From contig MHLP01000038.1 in NCBI GenBank assembly GCA_001821435.1, positions 1 through 48,555 of the forward strand: 48,555 nt of DNA, read 5' to 3'. Each line of letters starts with the position of its first letter. Position 1 is the first letter of the stretch. A program made the position numbers and the translations under genes. The DNA comes from Candidatus Lloydbacteria bacterium RIFCSPLOWO2_01_FULL_50_20 (GTDB lineage: Bacteria > Patescibacteriota > Minisyncoccia > Phycocordibacterales > UBA6899). Positions 44,111-48,555 of the stretch are shown in pieces. The notes beneath the pieces were generated by a model. That model did not search any database. It saw only the letters and a list, made by a program, of their open reading frames with translations, and had not been told where the DNA came from.

Positions 44111-46594
44111 TTAATGAATGACGATATTCAGGATCTTGCCCGGAATATAGATCAATTTTATCGGCGTCTTTCCCTCGAGCCATTTGTGGACAAACGGTCG
44201 TGCGAGCGCGGCTTTCTTTACTTCTTCTTCACCGGTATTGCGGGGTGAAGAAAATGTATCTCTCAGTTTTCCATTTACCTGAACGGCGATCGTCATTTCG
44301 TCCGAAAGAATTTTCTCCGGATCGAATAACGGCCATTGTTCATTGTCGAGCGAAGTCTCTTGACCAAGTTCCTCCCAGAGTTCATTGGCGACGTGGGGAG
44401 CGAACGGCGCAAGCAGACGAACAAAAGAACATAAAGCGTGAGAAGGGACTTTCTCAAGTTTCTCGAGATGATTCAAGAGGATCATGAGCTGTGAGATCGC
44501 CGTGTTAAAAGCGAATCCTTCGATATCCTCCCCGACTTTTTTGATGGTCTGATTGAGCAGCAATTCCGTATCTTTTCCCGAAGCAACTTCACGATGCGCT
44601 CTCTCTTTTAATCTCCAGATACGCTCAATGAACCTCCTCGCACCAACGAGGTTGTCCGTCGACCATGCGATCGCCTGTCCGAAAGGCCCCATGAACATCT
44701 CATAGATGCGCAGAGAATCAGCGCCGAATTGTTCGATGATGTCATCAGGATTAATGACGTTTCCCAGCCTCTTGCTCATCTTCACTCCGCCCTCGCCAAG
44801 TACAAGCCCAACGCCTTTTCTCCGGGTGAACGGCTCGAGAGTCGAGACAACGCCAATGTCGAAAAGAAATTTATGCCAAAATCGCGCATAGATAAGATGG
44901 CGCGTTACGTGCTCCGCTCCGCCGACATAGACGTCAACGGGTGCCCAGTATTTTTCCTTGTCTTTGCCGACAAGCGCGTCAGCATTTTTTGGGTCCATGA
45001 ACCGCAGATAGTACCAGGATGAACCAGCCCACTGCGGCATGGTATTCGTCTCGCGGCGGAATATTTTTGTTTCTGTACCTTTCAGCGCATCTTTCTCTTC
45101 TGCTATTTTGAATGTTCCGCGTTCGGTGATATATCCCTTTGCATTGACCCAATCGGAGATATCCGCAAGCGGCGACTCTCCTGTCCCGGTCGGAGCGTAC
45201 GATCTCACCTCTGGTAAGACGACCGGCAGATCGCGCTCATCGACGGGATACACTTTTCCGCTTTCGTCGTGCACGACGGGGATCGGTTCTCCCCAATAGC
45301 GCTGACGCGAGAAGACCCAGTCCTTTAGGCGATATTGTTTTGTCATTTTTCCGCCGATAAATGCAGTGATCGCCTTTTTTGCATCATCGGAAAACATGCC
45401 GGTGAATTTTCCGGATTCCACAAGATGCCCCGAGCCGGCGTACGCCTCATCCAGTATCGGGCAATGTGAAGCGGGATAATTCGGGCAAATGACCATACGT
45501 ATCGGGAGCTTATACTTCTTCGCGAACGCAAAATCGCGTTCGTCGTGCGCGGGCACCGCCATGATCGCGCCGGATCCATAGCCCGAGAGAACATAATTGG
45601 CGATCCATATGGGGATCTTTTCATTATTTGCGGGGTTGACCGCGAAAACGCCGGTCGCAATGCCTTCTTTTTCCGGTACCTCATCAAATGACCGATTTGC
45701 CTCGGCTTTGAGGGTTCTCTCGATGAATGCGTGAACTTCCATACTGGCCTCCCAGCCCGCATCGAGCCATTGCTTCGCAAGTTCAGCCGATATGGCGACG
45801 AACGTGGCGCCGAAAAGCGTGTCGGGGCGCGTAGTGAACACGCTAATATCCTGAATTAAAAATTTTTCTGGCAACTGGCCGCTGGAAACTAAAAACTGGA
45901 TTTGCGCTCCCTCGCTGCGCCCGATCCAATTCCGCTGCGCCTCTTTGATCGCTTCGGACCATTCGGGAAGCGTCTCAAGATCGTCAATGAGCCGGTCGGC
46001 GTAATCAGTGATGCGGATCATCCACTGACGCATCGGTTTTTTCACCACCGGCGTATCGCAGCGCTCGCAGTTATTTCCCTCAAGATCTTCGTTCGCAAGA
46101 CCCGTCTGGCATGTCATGCACCAATTGATCGGTTCGAAGGATTGAAACGCAAGCCCTTTCTCAAACATTTTAATGAACGCCCATTGCGTCCACTTGTAGT
46201 AGAAAGGATCGGTGGTGTTCACCTCGCGCTCCCAGTCATAGGAAAGTCCGACGCACTCCATCTGCTCACGATAGCGCTCGGTATTTTTCTTCACTGATGC
46301 GGAAGGATGCACTTTATTCTTGATCGCAAATTGCTCGGCGGGAAGACCAAAGGCATCCCACCCGCTCGGAAAAAGCACATTGTATCCCTGCATGCGTTTC
46401 ATGCGCGCATACACATCGCTCGCAGTATAGATACGGGTGTGTCCGGTGTGGAGTCCTTCGCCTGAGGGATACGGAAACTCACCCAACACATAACATTTGG
46501 GTTTTTTCGGGTCGTCTCTGGTGCGGCTCAGGCCGAACTCCTTCCATTTCTTTTGCCATTTCGCCTCGATTTTCTTTGGATCGTATTCCTTCAT
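44111..46594 (-). CDS. leuS: Leucine--tRNA ligase
   Basis: FPYPSGEGLHTGH, FTTRPDT, MAVPAHDERD, SRQRYWGEPIP, KMSK. Confidence 0.98.
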   Translation of the reverse strand: MKEYDPKKIEAKWQKKWKEFGLSRTRDDPKKPKCYVLGEFPYPSGEGLHTGHTRIYTASDVYARMKRMQGYNVLFPSGWDAFGLPAEQFAIKNKVHPSASVKKNTERYREQMECVGLSYDWEREVNTTDPFYYKWTQWAFIKMFEKGLAFQSFEPINWCMTCQTGLANEDLEGNNCERCDTPVVKKPMRQWMIRITDYADRLIDDLETLPEWSEAIKEAQRNWIGRSEGAQIQFLVSSGQLPEKFLIQDISVFTTRPDTLFGATFVAISAELAKQWLDAGWEASMEVHAFIERTLKAEANRSFDEVPEKEGIATGVFAVNPANNEKIPIWIANYVLSGYGSGAIMAVPAHDERDFAFAKKYKLPIRMVICPNYPASHCPILDEAYAGSGHLVESGKFTGMFSDDAKKAITAFIGGKMTKQYRLKDWVFSRQRYWGEPIPVVHDESGKVYPVDERDLPVVLPEVRSYAPTGTGESPLADISDWVNAKGYITERGTFKIAEEKDALKGTETKIFRRETNTMPQWAGSSWYYLRFMDPKNADALVGKDKEKYWAPVDVYVGGAEHVTRHLIYARFWHKFLFDIGVVSTLEPFTRRKGVGLVLGEGGVKMSKRLGNVINPDDIIEQFGADSLRIYEMFMGPFGQAIAWSTDNLVGARRFIERIWRLKERAHREVASGKDTELLLNQTIKKVGEDIEGFAFNTAISQLMILLNHLEKLEKVPSHALCSFVRLLAPFAPHVANELWEELGQETSLDNEQWPLFDPEKILSDEMTIAVQVNGKLRDTFSSPRNTGEEEVKKAALARPFVHKWLEGKTPIKLIYIPGKILNIVIH
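45868..45900. repeat. Degenerate heptamer repeat (CTGGNAA) in frame in leuS
   Basis: ctggcaa ctggccg ctggaaa ctaaaaa ctgga; same unit as the mnmA arrays. Confidence 0.55.
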
Positions 46595-46640
46595 TGAGCC
46601 TTAATAATACTCGCAAAATAGGCCTCTCTGCAAATAGTAC

Positions 46641-46669
46641 TAGACAAACATCAAAATTAATGATATAGT
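46641..46669 (+). promoter_or_regulatory. Sigma70 promoter with extended -10
   Basis: TAGACA-17 nt-TATAGT, preceded by TGn. Confidence 0.7.
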
Positions 46670-46702
46670 TTTTGCAGTTCGCCATGCCCCAAAGGAGAGA
46701 CC

Positions 46703-46816
46703 ATGGAAATCGTCTGCGGTTACCTGCCCGCCGAAGGTCGCCGCCACAACTACCTCACGTTGGGCGGCATCTGCCAGGAATGTGCCTGGGATGAGATCGA
46801 CGCAGCGAAACACTGA
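46703..46816 (+). CDS. 37-aa Cys/His small protein (not in the ORF track)
   Basis: MEIVCGYLPAEGRRHNYLTLGGICQECAWDEIDAAKH*, with AAGGAG SD, promoter and terminator. Confidence 0.7.
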   Translation: MEIVCGYLPAEGRRHNYLTLGGICQECAWDEIDAAKH

Positions 46817-46830
46817 CGCCCCGTTCTTCC

Positions 46831-46868
46831 GCGTCAAAAGCCGCCCCTCAAAGGGCGGCTTTTGACGC
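46831..46868. terminator. Bidirectional terminator
   Basis: GCGTCAAAAGCCGCCC-CTCAAA-GGGCGGCTTTTGACGC between convergent genes. Confidence 0.85.
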
Positions 46869-46874
46869 TCTCGC

Positions 46875-47972
46875 TTAGATCTTAAACTCAACGACGTCTC
46901 CGTCTTTCACAATATATTCTTTTCCTTCTGTGCGAACGAGGCCCTTCTCCCGAGCGGCAGCATATGATCCCGCCTCAAGAAGTGTTTTCCAATTGATGAC
47001 CTCGGCGCGAATAAATTTATCGCGGAAGTCGGTGTGGATTGCCATTCCAGCGACCGGTGCGGTACTTCCCGCGTTGATCGTCCATGCGCGGCTTTCATCT
47101 TCTCCGGTAGTGAAATAGGTCATCAAGCCCAGCAACTTATATGCCGCGACAATAAGCTCGTCGACGCCGTCACCTTTTACGCCAAGTTCTTGCGCAAATG
47201 TTTTCTTCTCCTCGCCCTCAAATTCGTTGAGTTCCTCCTCAATTTTCGCGTCGACGATCACGTAGGAGTCTCCGCGATCTTTGAAGAAAGCAAGTAATTT
47301 TTGAAAACGCTCGTCATTCGTTTCATCGAGATTTTTTCCGCCGGCTTTTTTGTTGAGAATATAGAGAATGGGTTTTGCGGTAAGCAAATTGAGCTGTTTC
47401 ACGATCTTTCCCTCTTCTTCGTCGAGCAATGCCGAGGAAGCGAGCCGTTCACCCTCAAGTACGGCTCTCACCTTGGTGAGCGCGGAGTGTTCTTTGACGG
47501 CTGCTTTGTCATTGCGCCGCACATCGCGCCCGATATTTTCCATGCGTTTCGTTACCGTTTGGAGGTCTGCAAGAATAAGTTCAAGATTGATCGTCTCGAC
47601 ATCGCCCAGAGGATCGATCTTCCCGTTCACATGAATGATTTCATCGTCCTCAAAAATGCGTACGACTTCGCCGATCGCGCTCGTTTCACGGATGTTCGCA
47701 AGGAATTGATTACCTAATCCTTCGCCTTCCGATGCTCCTTTTACCAGTCCGGCGATATCGACGAATTCGACGATCGCGGGGATGGTTTTTTTTGAAGAAG
47801 AGAATTTGGCAAGCTGCCACAGACGCTCATCGGGAACAGTAACGATACCCACCGACGGGTCAATGGTACAGAACGGGTAATTCGCGGTTTCCGCGCCCTT
47901 CTTGGTGAGGGCATTAAAGAGCGTCGATTTCCCGACATTCGGTAGCCCAACAATGCCTACAGATAATGACAT
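46875..47972 (-). CDS. ychF: Ribosome-binding ATPase YchF
   Basis: GLPNVGKSTLFNALT, NYPFCTI, DIAGLVKGASEGEGLGNQFL, EGKEYIVKDGD. Confidence 0.98.
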   Translation of the reverse strand: MSLSVGIVGLPNVGKSTLFNALTKKGAETANYPFCTIDPSVGIVTVPDERLWQLAKFSSSKKTIPAIVEFVDIAGLVKGASEGEGLGNQFLANIRETSAIGEVVRIFEDDEIIHVNGKIDPLGDVETINLELILADLQTVTKRMENIGRDVRRNDKAAVKEHSALTKVRAVLEGERLASSALLDEEEGKIVKQLNLLTAKPILYILNKKAGGKNLDETNDERFQKLLAFFKDRGDSYVIVDAKIEEELNEFEGEEKKTFAQELGVKGDGVDELIVAAYKLLGLMTYFTTGEDESRAWTINAGSTAPVAGMAIHTDFRDKFIRAEVINWKTLLEAGSYAAAREKGLVRTEGKEYIVKDGDVVEFKI

Positions 47973-48004
47973 ACCGACATACTAGCTCACTCTTTCTAAA
48001 TAAC

Positions 48005-48031
48005 AAAATCCCCCACGAAGCATCGTGGGGG
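48005..48031 (-). terminator. Intrinsic terminator
   Basis: CCCCCACGA/TCGTGGGGG stem followed by ATTTT on the minus strand. Confidence 0.7.
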
Positions 48032-48037
48032 TGTAAA

Positions 48038-48517
48038 CTAAAAATATGCATCAAGGCGCTCACGCAATGTTGGTGGTATTTTTTTCTTTATCTTCTCGGG
48101 CAGAACATTATACAAGCTGATCTCACATGAGTGATCTTTCCCGTAGATCGACAGAAGTTTTTCCCTCAGCAAGTGATTCATTGTTGTTATCCCCTCCGCA
48201 ATATATGTCTTATCCGAGAGTACGAATGGATCAAGCAGAAGGTTGAATAACTGTATATTCGGAAAGAACTCAGATCCTTCTTCTGTGTACGCGAAGAAAT
48301 CAAGTATGGTGCCACCCGCGACTTTTTTCGGATTTTTACCAACCTCTTTTTCGACACCCCTCAGACTTCGGAATGTTTGTGTGTCTGCGCGTGCCTCCAG
48401 TGGTTTTCCTGCGCCGTCGGTTAGGTCACTTCGAAACGTCCGTACTCCACCACGAAAATGAGGGCTTAATAGTAAATTTGTGAGGCTAATATCATGATAA
48501 GGTGGCTCTATTAAGAG
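48038..48517 (-). pseudogene. Start-less 159-codon open frame (5'-truncated gene remnant or non-canonical start)
   Basis: Open from an in-frame TAG at 48518-48520 to TAG at 48038-48040 (..GGTILDFFAYTEEGSEFFPNIQLFNLLLDPF..RLDAYF*), followed by a terminator. Confidence 0.5.
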
Positions 48518-48555
48518 CTAGTTGAGTAAATAATTATGACGCAATTTAAAAAAAC

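Noticed and set aside
1-48555. CRISPR array, tRNA, rRNA, tmRNA
   Set aside because: I saw no regularly spaced direct repeats with unique spacers and no cloverleaf or rRNA signatures by eye. A covariance scan would be needed to exclude divergent RNAs.

Overview
This 48.6-kb window is bacterial chromosome, read with the standard code (TGA is a stop), and nearly all genes are on the minus strand. Compact AspRS and AlaRS, an FtsA-like/baseplate-J-like gene pair, a sigma4-HARE-HTH protein and short palindromic repeats point to a Patescibacteria/CPR (Parcubacteria-like) genome; that assignment is inference. Housekeeping content: aspS, trpS, grpE-dnaK/dnaJ, infA-rpmJ-rpsM-rpsK-rpsD-rpoA-rplQ-rplM-rpsI, alaS, a tsaC/sua5-type gene, pyrH, galU, mnmA, murC, mltG, leuS and ychF. 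Accessory content: a patchwork region at 1-6.6 kb, a 1500-aa secreted PA14/Ig-repeat protein, and several self-contained plus-strand islets with their own promoters and, in most cases, an SD and terminator. I found no tRNA, rRNA, CRISPR array, transposase or integrase. The most unusual signals are non-coding. (1) GG(G/T)GACA(C/G) motifs sit about 12 nt from gene-truncation points in the accessory patchwork, suggesting site-directed DNA capture or rearrangement. (2) A set of REP/MITE-like hairpins shares a C(T/C)TG/CTTA foot; some lie in frame inside AspRS, DnaK and an exonuclease, and one broke mnmA, which now carries a second N-terminus. (3) A covarying hairpin overlaps the UAG stops of dnaK, rplQ and rpsK. 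All family calls come from motif recognition, not database searches.
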